A stretch of DNA of 64,000 nucleotides, taken from the NCBI GenBank assembly GCA_041660565.1, contig JBAZWC010000002.1:149520-213519 (forward strand). The letters are read 5' to 3'. Shown here piece after piece: positions 1-10,330 of this stretch. The first letter of the stretch is position 1. Each line of letters starts with the position of its first letter. Under the pieces are notes generated by a model. That model was not told where the DNA came from. It saw nothing but the letters and a program-made list of their open reading frames with translations, and ran no database searches. This stretch comes from Patescibacteria group bacterium. Lineage in GTDB: Bacteria; Patescibacteriota; UBA1384; CAJBMM01. The translations under genes and the position numbers were made by a program.

Positions 1-296
1 ACGCGTTGATCGGTTTTGAGCACCGCAATTTGGATAAAGCGAAAAGTGTAATAAAACGGTCTAAACCGGCCGGTACCAAAAATATCGGAGTGAATATAGC
101 CATATGCGTGATTAATAAAGCCCAAACTGGCGGTGGTGGCGTTGTGATAGAGTTCAATAATTTCGTGATCGTCGGTTAGATGGAAACCAGATTTGTATGT
201 GCCGGTAATGGCGTAAAACAACGCCCAAAACACCAAAATTACCGCAAACGCCACGATGTAATGATGCTTTTGATAAAAGGTGCCAAGCTGCTGCAT
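1..296 (-). CDS. Hypothetical hydrophobic membrane protein, N-terminal part only (runs off the window edge).
   Basis: Minus-strand ORF opens with ATG at 294-296 (MQQLGTFYQKHHYIVAFAVILVFWALFY...) and stays open to position 1. It lies directly upstream of the next minus-strand gene. Confidence 0.4.
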   Translation of the reverse strand, partial: MQQLGTFYQKHHYIVAFAVILVFWALFYAITGTYKSGFHLTDDHEIIELYHNATTASLGFINHAYGYIHSDIFGTGRFRPFYYTFRFIQIAVLKTDQR

Positions 297-1070
297 TTAA
301 TCCACTTTCCGGGCCAGAGTTAACGTGGCAAATGATAGTTTGCGACCAATTAGATTTCGCATAAATAATTTATCAACCGCAAAACTAGCCTTTACCAGCC
401 ATTTCCCGCCAATGTTTAACCATGGGAATACATCCGGATTGTAAAATAAGATATATGACAACAATCCGGGGTACATTTGATCTATAACCTCTAAGCGATG
501 ATCTGACATTAATTTATTTAGATCTTTTAAGTCAAAAGCGCGCTCGGTCTCTTCATCAAAAAAATCATTTTTCTGATATGTTTTGGCCCGAATACGCTTA
601 AACAATCGGTTATTTTGGGTTGGCTCAAGCGCAATAAAATAACCGCCTTTATTTAGCCCATCGCTCAAACTAGCCATCAAGGTCTCAACGTAGTCAGGGA
701 CATGATGCAATCCGCCGATCACAATAATTAAATCGTATTTTTTCGTCGGCTTAAAAGTGGTGGCATCACCGACAAAAATTCGACTGTCAGGATGTTTTTT
801 TTGCGCCGCTTCCACCAAGAACTCACTGATATCAAAACCTTCATAAACCACTTTGGTTTTTAGATGATCTTCAAGGATTTCTTTACCCTCTCCGTACCCA
901 CACAACGGCTCTAACACCAACATCTGATCTTTTTTGATCGATTGATGGCGTTTCAAAAAATGACCCCACATTAGATCTTTTAACAGCAAATGGTTGGGTA
1001 GCTGACGACTAGTAAAATATTTTTCGGATACGCTCTTAAAATGCTTGGCCTGCTGTTCCACTTTCGACAT
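297..1070 (-). CDS. Class I SAM-dependent methyltransferase.
   Basis: 257-aa ORF. Gly-rich motif I 'VLEPLCGYGEG' and motif II-like 'DLIIVIGGLHHV' are present. Confidence 0.55.
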   Translation of the reverse strand: MSKVEQQAKHFKSVSEKYFTSRQLPNHLLLKDLMWGHFLKRHQSIKKDQMLVLEPLCGYGEGKEILEDHLKTKVVYEGFDISEFLVEAAQKKHPDSRIFVGDATTFKPTKKYDLIIVIGGLHHVPDYVETLMASLSDGLNKGGYFIALEPTQNNRLFKRIRAKTYQKNDFFDEETERAFDLKDLNKLMSDHRLEVIDQMYPGLLSYILFYNPDVFPWLNIGGKWLVKASFAVDKLFMRNLIGRKLSFATLTLARKVD

Positions 1071-1075
1071 TTTTA

Positions 1076-1411
1076 TTACCCCTTTCGCCCATCTAAATAA
1101 AATAACACAATGCCGCTTAATACCAACAAGATGGCGACTAGTTTTAACGAACTGAATTTTTCGCCAAGTGCAAAATAACCTACCAGCTGTGTAGCGATAA
1201 TCAAAGAACTGGCGGCAATCGGAAAGGCGGTTGAAAGCGGATTAAGTTTAAGAATAATAATCCAAATCACAAAACCGGCACCGTAGCAAAACAGTCCGAA
1301 TAAAAATGGGAAACCAAAATATCCACCACCCGCATTTTTAATTTGAAATAATCCATACGAGCTCACAATTACATAAAATAGATACAACAAGATGTCTCTG
1401 TATATCACCAA
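1076..1411 (-). CDS. Small four-TM membrane protein, SMR/ArnE-ArnF-like candidate flippase subunit.
   Basis: 111 aa and almost entirely hydrophobic, with four predicted helices. Overlaps the downstream GT2 gene by 7 nt, which is operon-like. Confidence 0.4.
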   Translation of the reverse strand: MVIYRDILLYLFYVIVSSYGLFQIKNAGGGYFGFPFLFGLFCYGAGFVIWIIILKLNPLSTAFPIAASSLIIATQLVGYFALGEKFSSLKLVAILLVLSGIVLFYLDGRKG

Positions 1412-2376
1412 ATCTCCTCATCTTTAATAAATCGTGGGCGCTTTTTGACTTCTTGATATATTTTGCCAATATATTCACCCACCACTCCCAAAGAGAGTAG
1501 CTGCACCCCACCAATAAAGTAGATCGGCAGTACAGTAGATGCCCATCCCGGAACAGTGTGATTCACTACTACCGATTCATACAAAACATATCCACCCATT
1601 ATCAGACTAAGTAGAAAAATTATAAAACCGATTAGTGCCACCACCCGCAGCGGCACCACGCTAAACGAGGTCACCCCGTTTAAGGCAAAGGAAATCATCT
1701 TTCGCATATTGTATTTGGATTTACCCAAAGCGCGATCTGTAACGTCAAAATAGACAATCGCTGTTTCGTACCCAAGGTCGGTAACGATGCCACGCAAAAA
1801 CAGGTTTGTTTCTTGATATTCCGCCAAGGTGTCCAAAGCACGTTTAGAAATTAAGCGATAGTCGGCGTGATTGCGAATCACCCCCGTGCCCATTAATTTC
1901 ATGAATCGATAGAAGAATAACGCCGTCAGCTTTTTGATCATACTGTCGGTTTGGCGATTAGACCTAATGCCATAAACAATATCTGCTCCATCCAGATATT
2001 TCTGCACAAATTGATGGATCGCTTTTTGATCCTGTTGCAAATCGGCATCAATCGAAATTACACAATCAGCTTTATCTTTAACAGACAACAGCCCGGCCAG
2101 CAGTGCGTTCTGATGCCCGACGTTTTTGGCTAACTTTAGTCCTTTAACCCGATCGTTTTGGCGGTTAGTTTGAGTAATAATTTGCCATGTAGAGTCTTTG
2201 CACCCGTCATCAACCAAAAACAAAAAGCTGTCATTGTGAATCGATTTTTGGCATTTTAGTTCATCAACCACCTTTAATAACTTGGCAATGGTGGTAGGAA
2301 GCACCTCTTCTTCGTTAAAGCACGGCACCACAATGGCTAAAATTGGTTGAGCTGTTTTTTGCGATCGAGCCATCAC
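1405..2376 (-). CDS. GT2 polyprenyl-phosphate glycosyltransferase (ArnC/DPM-synthase-like) with C-terminal TM helices.
   Basis: 323 aa. 'IVVPCFNEE' GT2 start, 'VDDGCKDST', 'ISIDADLQQD' (DxD), and two C-terminal hydrophobic helices. Confidence 0.7.
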   Translation of the reverse strand: MMARSQKTAQPILAIVVPCFNEEEVLPTTIAKLLKVVDELKCQKSIHNDSFLFLVDDGCKDSTWQIITQTNRQNDRVKGLKLAKNVGHQNALLAGLLSVKDKADCVISIDADLQQDQKAIHQFVQKYLDGADIVYGIRSNRQTDSMIKKLTALFFYRFMKLMGTGVIRNHADYRLISKRALDTLAEYQETNLFLRGIVTDLGYETAIVYFDVTDRALGKSKYNMRKMISFALNGVTSFSVVPLRVVALIGFIIFLLSLIMGGYVLYESVVVNHTVPGWASTVLPIYFIGGVQLLSLGVVGEYIGKIYQEVKKRPRFIKDEEIW

Positions 2377-2382
2377 TCCACC

Positions 2383-3300
2383 TTATTTTTTAATATAAAC
2401 CGCGGTGACGGTATGCCCATACGGTGCCGTTTTTACCGACATTCCGCGCTTGAAAAACAATGCCAAAACTTCTGCTTTAATTAGCGACAGCCAAAACACA
2501 ATCGAAGTATCAACTACACGCTGTTTACGCCAAAATAATTTGTAAAAACTTTTCATAAAGATCGTCCGCAAATACAGTTTGTACTGGGTTGGTGGCAGGG
2601 TTTCGTGATAAATGTCCTTCATTTCAAGATTAAACAAGGTAGCTATCCCGGCTAGTGCGCCATCCGTCCATCTGGTTTGATGATGAGGCGGTAGGTTTAA
2701 TGCCCCATTAATAATTTCGCCAACATAGCTATCTTCACTTGGCACCGACATTATTAACGTGCCACCTTTTTTCAAACATTTCACCGCAGACTGTAAAAAT
2801 TCGCGCGGATTTTCGATATGCTCCAATACTTGAAAAGAGCAAACCACGTCGTACTTTTCGGCGTTAGACTTAGCGTGAGTGGCGATATCCTCTATCAAGA
2901 TCTGAGGATTTTGCTTGGCCGCCTCTTTATTGATCTCTAACCCAACATATTTTTTAGTCGGAATCAGTTTAGAAAAATACCCGTTGCCGCTACCGATACT
3001 TAACACATGGTCAGATTCAGAAATCAGTTTTTTGGCATAATCATATTCATCTTTATGCTGAGCGTAATACCAAGGAATTGCAGATAATTTGTGATAAAAA
3101 CCACCGTCGCCCACAATCGCCGGAGTATAAAATCTCAGTTGGCATCCCTCGCATTGCATCAGATTAACTCGTGAAATCTCTTTGGGCATTTCGATATTCA
3201 GTTTCAAAGAAATCCGATACAAAAATTTAATACTACGCGTAGAAATCGACTGAACGGACGTTAAATTTTGACTCTGGCAAAGCGGGCAAGTATTTTTCAT
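2383..3300 (-). CDS. SAM-dependent methyltransferase with N-terminal zinc ribbon.
   Basis: 305 aa. 'CPLCQS...CEGCQ' Cys4 ribbon and 'VLSIGSGNGYFS' MTase motif I. Confidence 0.55.
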   Translation of the reverse strand: MKNTCPLCQSQNLTSVQSISTRSIKFLYRISLKLNIEMPKEISRVNLMQCEGCQLRFYTPAIVGDGGFYHKLSAIPWYYAQHKDEYDYAKKLISESDHVLSIGSGNGYFSKLIPTKKYVGLEINKEAAKQNPQILIEDIATHAKSNAEKYDVVCSFQVLEHIENPREFLQSAVKCLKKGGTLIMSVPSEDSYVGEIINGALNLPPHHQTRWTDGALAGIATLFNLEMKDIYHETLPPTQYKLYLRTIFMKSFYKLFWRKQRVVDTSIVFWLSLIKAEVLALFFKRGMSVKTAPYGHTVTAVYIKK

Positions 3301-5147
3301 GGTTTAATCTCGTATAATTGGCTGTTAGGGTTATTTACTATTAATGTAGCGTGACTGATAAAATACTGCTCAAGGGCAATTCCGTTATCGGTATAAGCGC
3401 CCCAATTTTTTAAGTCAATAAACTTTTGGCGCAATCGCACGTCAACCGCCAGTAATTTGATCTTATTTTGGCTGATAAAACCGGCATAATCTGAATCGCT
3501 AGGGACGGCATAGGTGTAACTATTACCGTTTTCTAAATAATACTGAGCGGTGTGATTCCAAATATTCAACGTTACGACACCTTGATAATGATGGTTAATG
3601 TAATCCGTCACCAGTGCAAAATCGCCCAGCTTATAACGCAAATAGGCGCTTTCACCAATGCGCCCGGTGGCGTACGCCGCTTCTTCCACCTTAAATGTAT
3701 CATAAAATAGGGAATTTAGAATACGTCTGGTCGGAACAAAAGGATTTAGACTGTTAATTATCACTACCGCGATCAGAATAACTCCACCGACTTTGTAGGC
3801 AATCGGCTTTAGGTTTGACAAAGTGATGGCAGATAAAATTGATAGTACTACCAACGCCGGAAACAAAAATCGCTGTTGGTGACTAATGACAAAAAACCAC
3901 GCCACAATGTCGACTACGACCAAGGAAGACAATAGCAGTGTAGTGCGACGATTTTTAGGATTGAGAAGGGCAAACGGGGCGAAAAATGATGAAAAGATGA
4001 ATAGATTATAATATCCGGCGGTATTCTGCCAAAATATCTCCGGAATACGTAGAAAATTGGTCAACGTGCGCGGAACTGAGAAGTTTTTGATCGCCGCGTT
4101 TAAGGTATTAATTTCATTATCGGTATATCCCGGGTGAACCAAAATTAGCGGATAGGTGGGATTATGAAATACGATCCAGTTTTTGACGTACCAAAACCCA
4201 CCTACCAGCGCGGCGATTCCGGTAAAATACAACATAGTTTTAAGAAATTTCGCCGACCACTGACGACGAACCGTTAAGAATATTGCTACCACCACCACTG
4301 TGGTCAAAATACCATAAAAAGCCGAGTATTTGATTCCCGCTGCTGCCCCAAAAAAGAATCCGGATAACCAAATATAACGCTCGGATTTTGATTCAAGCCA
4401 CGCTGTCATCGATAAAATAGCCATTACCTCCATCACCGCCTCGCCTGCGTCGATGTAACCACTAGTGGCGTTCTCGATTAGTTGAGGCACAAAAAATATC
4501 AATATAGCAGCAATAAGGCCGGTATTGAGCGAATACCTCTTGTGCAAGAACCCAATAATTGCCACCATCATCGCCAAAAAGTAGCTAAAGTGCAGCAAAT
4601 GCATTAACGATACACCTTTAACCATCATTCCAAACGCAAAGAGGGTCTCCATGGATATTGGCAAATTGCCATAAAATTTCGACCCGCCTAGCGGCAAAAC
4701 GAATCCGGATTGATGAACGATGTAATTTGCTTCGGGTAAATGATAAGCCACCTCATCCCAGGCAGTGGCAGGCGCAAAACAAGCTAAAATGTTTACACCG
4801 GCTAAGATAATCAACGGGATAAGCAGCCATTTTTGTTTCTTAATTTCCGCTAAAATATTCCGGCGGTCTATGCGGCGTTTGCGCAGTTGTTTAATTTCGC
4901 CCAGAGCGACTAGAAACATCGCCACAGCGGCAATTGAAACAGTCCAGCCGTTAAACCACCTTAATATGCCCAAAAACTCAAGTAGGAGTACGAATATGGT
5001 CAAGCCAATAAGATACGAAGACGCGACGACAAACAACTTACTTTCGGGTAAATTAAATACCAACCGCCATACCCTTTGCCCCGCGAGTGTAACCACAGCA
5101 ATAAATAACAAAAAAATTGATAGGGTAATAAGCAAATTTAAGATCAT
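3297..5147 (-). CDS. GT-C fold membrane glycosyltransferase (ArnT/PMT, GT39/GT83-like).
   Basis: 616 aa with more than 10 TM helices in the N-terminal two-thirds and a soluble C-terminal domain. Loop motif 'WDEVAYHLPEA' carries the DE motif of the PMT/ArnT family. Confidence 0.5.
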   Translation of the reverse strand: MILNLLITLSIFLLFIAVVTLAGQRVWRLVFNLPESKLFVVASSYLIGLTIFVLLLEFLGILRWFNGWTVSIAAVAMFLVALGEIKQLRKRRIDRRNILAEIKKQKWLLIPLIILAGVNILACFAPATAWDEVAYHLPEANYIVHQSGFVLPLGGSKFYGNLPISMETLFAFGMMVKGVSLMHLLHFSYFLAMMVAIIGFLHKRYSLNTGLIAAILIFFVPQLIENATSGYIDAGEAVMEVMAILSMTAWLESKSERYIWLSGFFFGAAAGIKYSAFYGILTTVVVVAIFLTVRRQWSAKFLKTMLYFTGIAALVGGFWYVKNWIVFHNPTYPLILVHPGYTDNEINTLNAAIKNFSVPRTLTNFLRIPEIFWQNTAGYYNLFIFSSFFAPFALLNPKNRRTTLLLSSLVVVDIVAWFFVISHQQRFLFPALVVLSILSAITLSNLKPIAYKVGGVILIAVVIINSLNPFVPTRRILNSLFYDTFKVEEAAYATGRIGESAYLRYKLGDFALVTDYINHHYQGVVTLNIWNHTAQYYLENGNSYTYAVPSDSDYAGFISQNKIKLLAVDVRLRQKFIDLKNWGAYTDNGIALEQYFISHATLIVNNPNSQLYEIKP

Positions 5148-7060
5148 TATTTTTTAACCAAGTGATAAAACTGTAAATCTTCATTTTCATAGTATAGTTG
5201 GTATTGGCCAAATTGTTCCATCGATTTAATTTTCTGATTATTCGCTTCATTTTTTTGTTTCAATTTTTCTTGCTTGGCATCAAACGAGCTCAACCCTTTG
5301 GCATCTGCTACCGCAATTTGGGCTAACACCGGATTAGTAGGGTACGGCTGTTTTTCAAAAATCAGAAAAACCTGATCGGTACCATAATTCTTTTTCAAAT
5401 TTTCATCGTTAAGCTTGCCGTAAGCTAAACGCTCAGACATCATTGTAAAATCACGGCAACTATCATTGGCTAAAAGCAAAATATGACTGCTTGGAAAATC
5501 ACGGGCAATTTTGGCACTTTCATCAAACCCGGAAGTATAATATCCGCGATAAAAATGAGCCGGGTAAATAAACGGTGATACCCACAGAGCCACTAATAAG
5601 ATATAAAGCGCAATGCGGAATTTCTGACGGTAGAATTCGTCAAAGGCATAAGTAAGCCCGAGTATTGACAACAGCAGCAGATACCACCCGCTTCGTCCGC
5701 GATACAACATCAATTCAAATACTCCGGTTTGGGTGGAGAAACCCAACACCAAACAGAATATGGAAATGATAAATAGTGGCAGGCGTTTTTTAATTAACGC
5801 ATAAATTAGCAACCCAAGCGACAAAATCATCCATAAATACGCTCCGACTGAGAGAATATTATTCATCGGCCGAATGTTTTTAATTTTGACCCAATCTTTG
5901 CCGGTACGTATTGCGGGGGCAATATATCGTTTATAAAATTTGCTGCTAACAAAACCACTCGGTTTGCTACTTATGCTAGGCGGACTGCTGGTAAAGGTAT
6001 TCGGAGCCTGATTTGACTCCAATACAATCTGGCCGTCGGAAGTGGTAGATGATACCGCAACGTTCGGGAATCCGCCGTATCTGCTTAAAACTGTGGCTTG
6101 CAAATAAACATGACCAAACGATAGCAGTAAGCCGATGGCTGCGATAGCGACAAACGTTACCAAATACTTGAAATAGTCGTGATTCCACCGACGCTTAAAA
6201 ATAAAGCCCAACAGCGTCGCAACCAACAGAGCCGGAATGTATTGAACAAAAAAATACGGCACCGTAATTGCCAGCGCGGCCGAAAACCACAGTCCCAGTG
6301 CCACTGAACGTAAAAAGCCAACTGTTTTGACTGAATAAATTAGATAAAGCAAGGGCACAAATAGCATAAAACTTAGAACTGAGGAGAAAAAGCTAATCGT
6401 TTGCAAAGTAAGTTGGTTATAAATCGGACAAGCCAGCAGCAGAAGCAAAAGTATCATCATTATTTGATGCTTAAAGGTGTCTCTCAGCAATAAATAAACT
6501 GACAGCAGAAAGATCAACCCGATCGCTGGTCCGGCATATCGAAAAATCTCGGTGATGCTAACAAAATGAAATAAAGGAAATAAAAATATATGAAACCCTG
6601 GCGCGTAATACCCGGTACTTAAACGCCCCAAAGTTCTTAAACTATCTAACAACACATAATGGCCAAAAGTATCGTTTGCTCCGGGATACATAAAATTATA
6701 TGCGTCGTAGCAGCGCGAATAAAGCAACGGAATTAGTATCGCAACCACCCACCCCACTTGGCGAGGCTTCCATCGTTTGATCCGAGCAACAATGTCTTTC
6801 ATCTTAATTTCTAAAACAAAAGATGCGTATACGTTTACCACAAACACCAGTATCAACCAAGCCGCCGGGTAATATTTGATGATATTCAAATTATAAAAAA
6901 TGTAGCCAAACAAAATTTGGGCGGAGATAGAGACCGGAACGGTGAATTTTTGCGCCATTTTGGCGTCTTTGAAAATGAGAATTAACGGCAAATAGGCAGT
7001 CACCGAGCACAATCCCAAAACGGCAATGATAATTAATGCTGATAGATAGGTGTTCATCAT
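5147..7060 (-). CDS. Large polytopic membrane protein, probable GT-C-like glycosyltransferase.
   Basis: 637 aa, multi-TM N-terminal region followed by a hydrophilic C-terminal domain. Its start overlaps the stop of the upstream gene. No named motif recognised. Confidence 0.35.
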   Translation of the reverse strand: MMNTYLSALIIIAVLGLCSVTAYLPLILIFKDAKMAQKFTVPVSISAQILFGYIFYNLNIIKYYPAAWLILVFVVNVYASFVLEIKMKDIVARIKRWKPRQVGWVVAILIPLLYSRCYDAYNFMYPGANDTFGHYVLLDSLRTLGRLSTGYYAPGFHIFLFPLFHFVSITEIFRYAGPAIGLIFLLSVYLLLRDTFKHQIMMILLLLLLACPIYNQLTLQTISFFSSVLSFMLFVPLLYLIYSVKTVGFLRSVALGLWFSAALAITVPYFFVQYIPALLVATLLGFIFKRRWNHDYFKYLVTFVAIAAIGLLLSFGHVYLQATVLSRYGGFPNVAVSSTTSDGQIVLESNQAPNTFTSSPPSISSKPSGFVSSKFYKRYIAPAIRTGKDWVKIKNIRPMNNILSVGAYLWMILSLGLLIYALIKKRLPLFIISIFCLVLGFSTQTGVFELMLYRGRSGWYLLLLSILGLTYAFDEFYRQKFRIALYILLVALWVSPFIYPAHFYRGYYTSGFDESAKIARDFPSSHILLLANDSCRDFTMMSERLAYGKLNDENLKKNYGTDQVFLIFEKQPYPTNPVLAQIAVADAKGLSSFDAKQEKLKQKNEANNQKIKSMEQFGQYQLYYENEDLQFYHLVKK

Positions 7061-8265
7061 ATTTGATATGTTTTAATTAATTTTGATACCGAATTTGAGA
7101 GAGAAAAGTGGTCTACAAAGCGAACCGTATTTTTTTGCAATGTCTTTTGCAGATCAGTATTGCTTAATATTTGTGATGCCGCTTCAACGGCTGACCCAAC
7201 GTCATCCACTACCCTACCAACGCCCATCTGTTCGATCTCGGGTAGATTACAATCTTTGGAACAAACTACCGGCACCCCTAACGCCGAAGCTTCAAGAACG
7301 GTCATAGGAATACCCTCCGATCGCGACATCAGCAAAAACAAATCGGAGCTTTTCACTACAGATAGTTTTTCTTTGCCCGACAATAAACCAGTATATATTA
7401 CATTATCTGAGATTTTCAATTCTAAGGCAAGTTTGTCTAAATTGGCTTTTTCACCTTCATCCGGGCCAATAATCAAAAAAACCACGTTCATGCCGGGTTT
7501 TTTTAATTGTTTGATAACCTGAAAAGCAATATCCAGTCCTTTAATGTACTGAATTCGCCCCACGAACGAAATCACTTTTGACTCCGGCGCAAGATCAAAT
7601 TTTTGCACCAAGTTAACTTTTGGCACATCTAAAAATTCTAATGGATCCACTCCATTGGTAACAACGACCACCTTACTTTTGACACTCGGATAAAGTACTG
7701 AAATATCTGATAGTTCTTTGGGTGAAAGCGCAATGACCGCGTTCGCACGATCAACAATGCGATGAAATAACCGAATAAATGTAGTTTTGACCCACGATAG
7801 TTTGGCTTGGCGACTAACCAATGATAACACACCATGAGGTTGGACCACGTATGGCACATCATTTGCAACGCAAACACGACTGGTAATGATGTTTTGGACC
7901 GTAAAATAATCGTGACAGTGCACTACGTCAAAATTTTTAACATTTTTTTTCATCCACCCCGCAAACCCGAACGGTAGATAAAAGTTATGAAATTTCGCCA
8001 AATTGTTGCTGGGATTACGAAAACGAACAATTTGGATGCCGTCGATAGTCTCTGCGGTTTTGTTAATGCGATGAGGTGCGTCTCCGGCGTCAGAGGTAGC
8101 CACCGTTACCTTTATCCCCCGCTTTACCAATTCGCAAGCTTGATTATACGCTACCCGTACCACCCCACCGTAACTCCATGCCGGTGCAAAATACGGAATC
8201 ACCATTAGCACGCTTTTTATCTGACGCGGCTTCGGCCCTAAATCAATCTCGCTCTTAGCCATCAC
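7057..8265 (-). CDS. GT4 (GT-B fold) glycosyltransferase.
   Basis: 402 aa. C-terminal 'EGIPMTVLEASALGVPVV' matches the GT4 'EGFGlpvlEAmacGvPVV' signature. Confidence 0.7.
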   Translation of the reverse strand: MMAKSEIDLGPKPRQIKSVLMVIPYFAPAWSYGGVVRVAYNQACELVKRGIKVTVATSDAGDAPHRINKTAETIDGIQIVRFRNPSNNLAKFHNFYLPFGFAGWMKKNVKNFDVVHCHDYFTVQNIITSRVCVANDVPYVVQPHGVLSLVSRQAKLSWVKTTFIRLFHRIVDRANAVIALSPKELSDISVLYPSVKSKVVVVTNGVDPLEFLDVPKVNLVQKFDLAPESKVISFVGRIQYIKGLDIAFQVIKQLKKPGMNVVFLIIGPDEGEKANLDKLALELKISDNVIYTGLLSGKEKLSVVKSSDLFLLMSRSEGIPMTVLEASALGVPVVCSKDCNLPEIEQMGVGRVVDDVGSAVEAASQILSNTDLQKTLQKNTVRFVDHFSLSNSVSKLIKTYQI

Positions 8266-9068
8266 TTTGTCATCCGGTACGCGAGCTTAATTAAGCCGTT
8301 ATGGACAAAATGCAAAAAGATCAAAAAACTATTACTGGAATACTTTTTTACGCTCAAATAATCTTGGTCAAACTGCTTAATGTAGGCCGTTTTGCCTTTA
8401 GAGGCGCTGTGAATACGAAAATTGGCCAAAAATTGTTTGATAATCACCGGACGGTTTACCTTACCAATTTTTAACCAATAGTCATAATCCATAGTGTAGT
8501 GCAGACTTTCATCAAAAAAGCCGAACTGATCCAAAGCTTCTCGACGCCAAAAGGTGGCGGGTTGGCAAACATAATTTAAAACCTGCAGCGTGACGTAAGA
8601 ATATCGCTTCAACCAGAAGTTTTTGTATCGCGTCACCAAGTTCGAAATCAACCGGCCATTCTCGTCAATAATATGACAGTATCCGGTAGCCCATAGTGAT
8701 TTGGGATGATCTGAAAACGCCTTAACTACCTGATCAAACGCACCCGCGCAATAAGTGTCGTCCGAGTTAATGTAGGCAATGATGTCTCCAGATGCGATAC
8801 GCATCCCTTTATTAATCGCATCTGACTGCCCGTGATCTTTTTCGCTATGCCAAATAAAATCAACCAGGTTAGATTGCTTTAACTTTGTCTCATACTCTTG
8901 TAGCACCTTCACGGAATGATCGGTGGAACCGCCGTCCATCACAATATATTCAATCTTAAAATCCCCTTCTTGGTTGATTACGCTTTCGATAGTTTGGCGT
9001 AAAAAATCAGCTTGATTAAAAGAAGGGGTAATAACGCTAATTTTTCTTTGTTTTTTTATTGTCATCAA
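8262..9068 (-). CDS. GT2 family glycosyltransferase.
   Basis: 268 aa. 'ISVITPSFNQADFLRQTIESVINQ', 'YIVMDGGSTD', 'DDTY' (DxD). Confidence 0.7.
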   Translation of the reverse strand: MMTIKKQRKISVITPSFNQADFLRQTIESVINQEGDFKIEYIVMDGGSTDHSVKVLQEYETKLKQSNLVDFIWHSEKDHGQSDAINKGMRIASGDIIAYINSDDTYCAGAFDQVVKAFSDHPKSLWATGYCHIIDENGRLISNLVTRYKNFWLKRYSYVTLQVLNYVCQPATFWRREALDQFGFFDESLHYTMDYDYWLKIGKVNRPVIIKQFLANFRIHSASKGKTAYIKQFDQDYLSVKKYSSNSFLIFLHFVHNGLIKLAYRMTK

Positions 9069-9402
9069 TTTCCCTTAATGATAAATCGCGAATCGTTTTC
9101 TCTAAAGTTTTTCGCAAACGATCCAAATTAACGTAAGTGTAAAACGAAATCCCCAAAACAACCGTAAACCCGAGTACCGAAAAAAGGTCAAAAGCGCGCG
9201 CCGTGCCTAAATTGCTACTAAAAACTTGAAACATGTTCGGGTAAAGAGTAACTAAAACAAAACAAACCCAAATAGTCTGCCATCCTAAATATTCGCGAAT
9301 GGTAAATTGGGTGCGTTTATAGGCTAAATAAGTAAAATAGCTTAAAACTAAACCAAAAAGGACTCCAATGATTTGAATTCCCGAGACCATAATAACCTCC
9401 AC
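9037..9402 (-). CDS. Small membrane protein (DUF2304-like partner of a polyprenyl-phosphate GT2).
   Basis: 121 aa with 3-4 TM helices. Overlaps the end of the upstream GT2 gene, a common arrangement for the DPM-synthase-like GT2 plus small membrane protein pair. The true start may lie at the internal Met (MVSG...). Confidence 0.35.
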   Translation of the reverse strand: MEVIMVSGIQIIGVLFGLVLSYFTYLAYKRTQFTIREYLGWQTIWVCFVLVTLYPNMFQVFSSNLGTARAFDLFSVLGFTVVLGISFYTYVNLDRLRKTLEKTIRDLSLREIDDNKKTKKN

Positions 9403-10058
9403 TTCAACAACGTTCGCAAGATACGCAAACCATCAACAACCGTTGTGCCTTTAAAATTATCTAAGTATATTGTATCGATTTCGACTTCGTGACAGGGGAT
9501 GCGACGATAAGTTGATAATATCAGCATCTCGGTCTCCATGCCATAGTCACTAGATCGCCAGCGAATTTGCGGATAAATTTCGGCGGGAAATGCTCGAAAA
9601 CCGGATTGAGTGTCTCTGACATGAATGTTAAATAGCATTTGAGACAAAAACGAGAGCGACCAATTGGCAAAACGCATGGTCATCGGCATCGCCTTGCATC
9701 GCGGACGGGAACCAATTACTAACGCTGATCGTGATTCCAAAACTGGCGCCACCATTTTGGGAATGTCGTTTACCCGATGCTGGCCATCGCCATCCATTAA
9801 CACAATGACGTCGGCTTTCATTTTGCATGCCGCATCACAACCGGTTTTGGCCGCTGCCCCCTTGCCCAGATTTGTAACGTGCCTAAGTACCGTCACGCCT
9901 TTAACCGATTTGGCATGCCTTGAGGTGTCATCTTTTGAACCGTCGTCAACCACAATCGCACACAGTTCGTGCCCATTAATAAACTGCGGCATTTGCTCAA
10001 GTAATGCTTTGATATGTTTGGATTCGTTGTAGGCCGGAATTACGACCGCAATTTTCAT
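9348..10058 (-). CDS. GT2 dolichyl/polyprenyl-phosphate sugar synthase-like glycosyltransferase.
   Basis: 236 aa. 'KIAVVIPAYNE', 'VVDDGSKDDT', 'LMDGDGQH' (DxD). Confidence 0.7.
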   Translation of the reverse strand: MKIAVVIPAYNESKHIKALLEQMPQFINGHELCAIVVDDGSKDDTSRHAKSVKGVTVLRHVTNLGKGAAAKTGCDAACKMKADVIVLMDGDGQHRVNDIPKMVAPVLESRSALVIGSRPRCKAMPMTMRFANWSLSFLSQMLFNIHVRDTQSGFRAFPAEIYPQIRWRSSDYGMETEMLILSTYRRIPCHEVEIDTIYLDNFKGTTVVDGLRILRTLLKWRLLWSREFKSLESFLV

Positions 10059-10330
10059 ATCTTTATAATGCCAAAAACCAGCTGAAATACAAGGACAGGA
10101 GAAATTGTCTTAATTGGAGTCATCGGAATTTGGAGTTTTTTACATAAATTCCGGGTACTTCTCGCAACCTTGCGGTTGGAGTCGTTAGTTCCTAAAGGAA
10201 CAATCAAGCCCGTAATGACAGTGATGGCGCTTGCAAAACGATTGATTTACTGTCATTATGACCTGTTCTGGGAGGGGCACAAAAAATAATTTTAAATTTT
10301 CAATTTGAAATTTTAAATTGGAGCCCCACC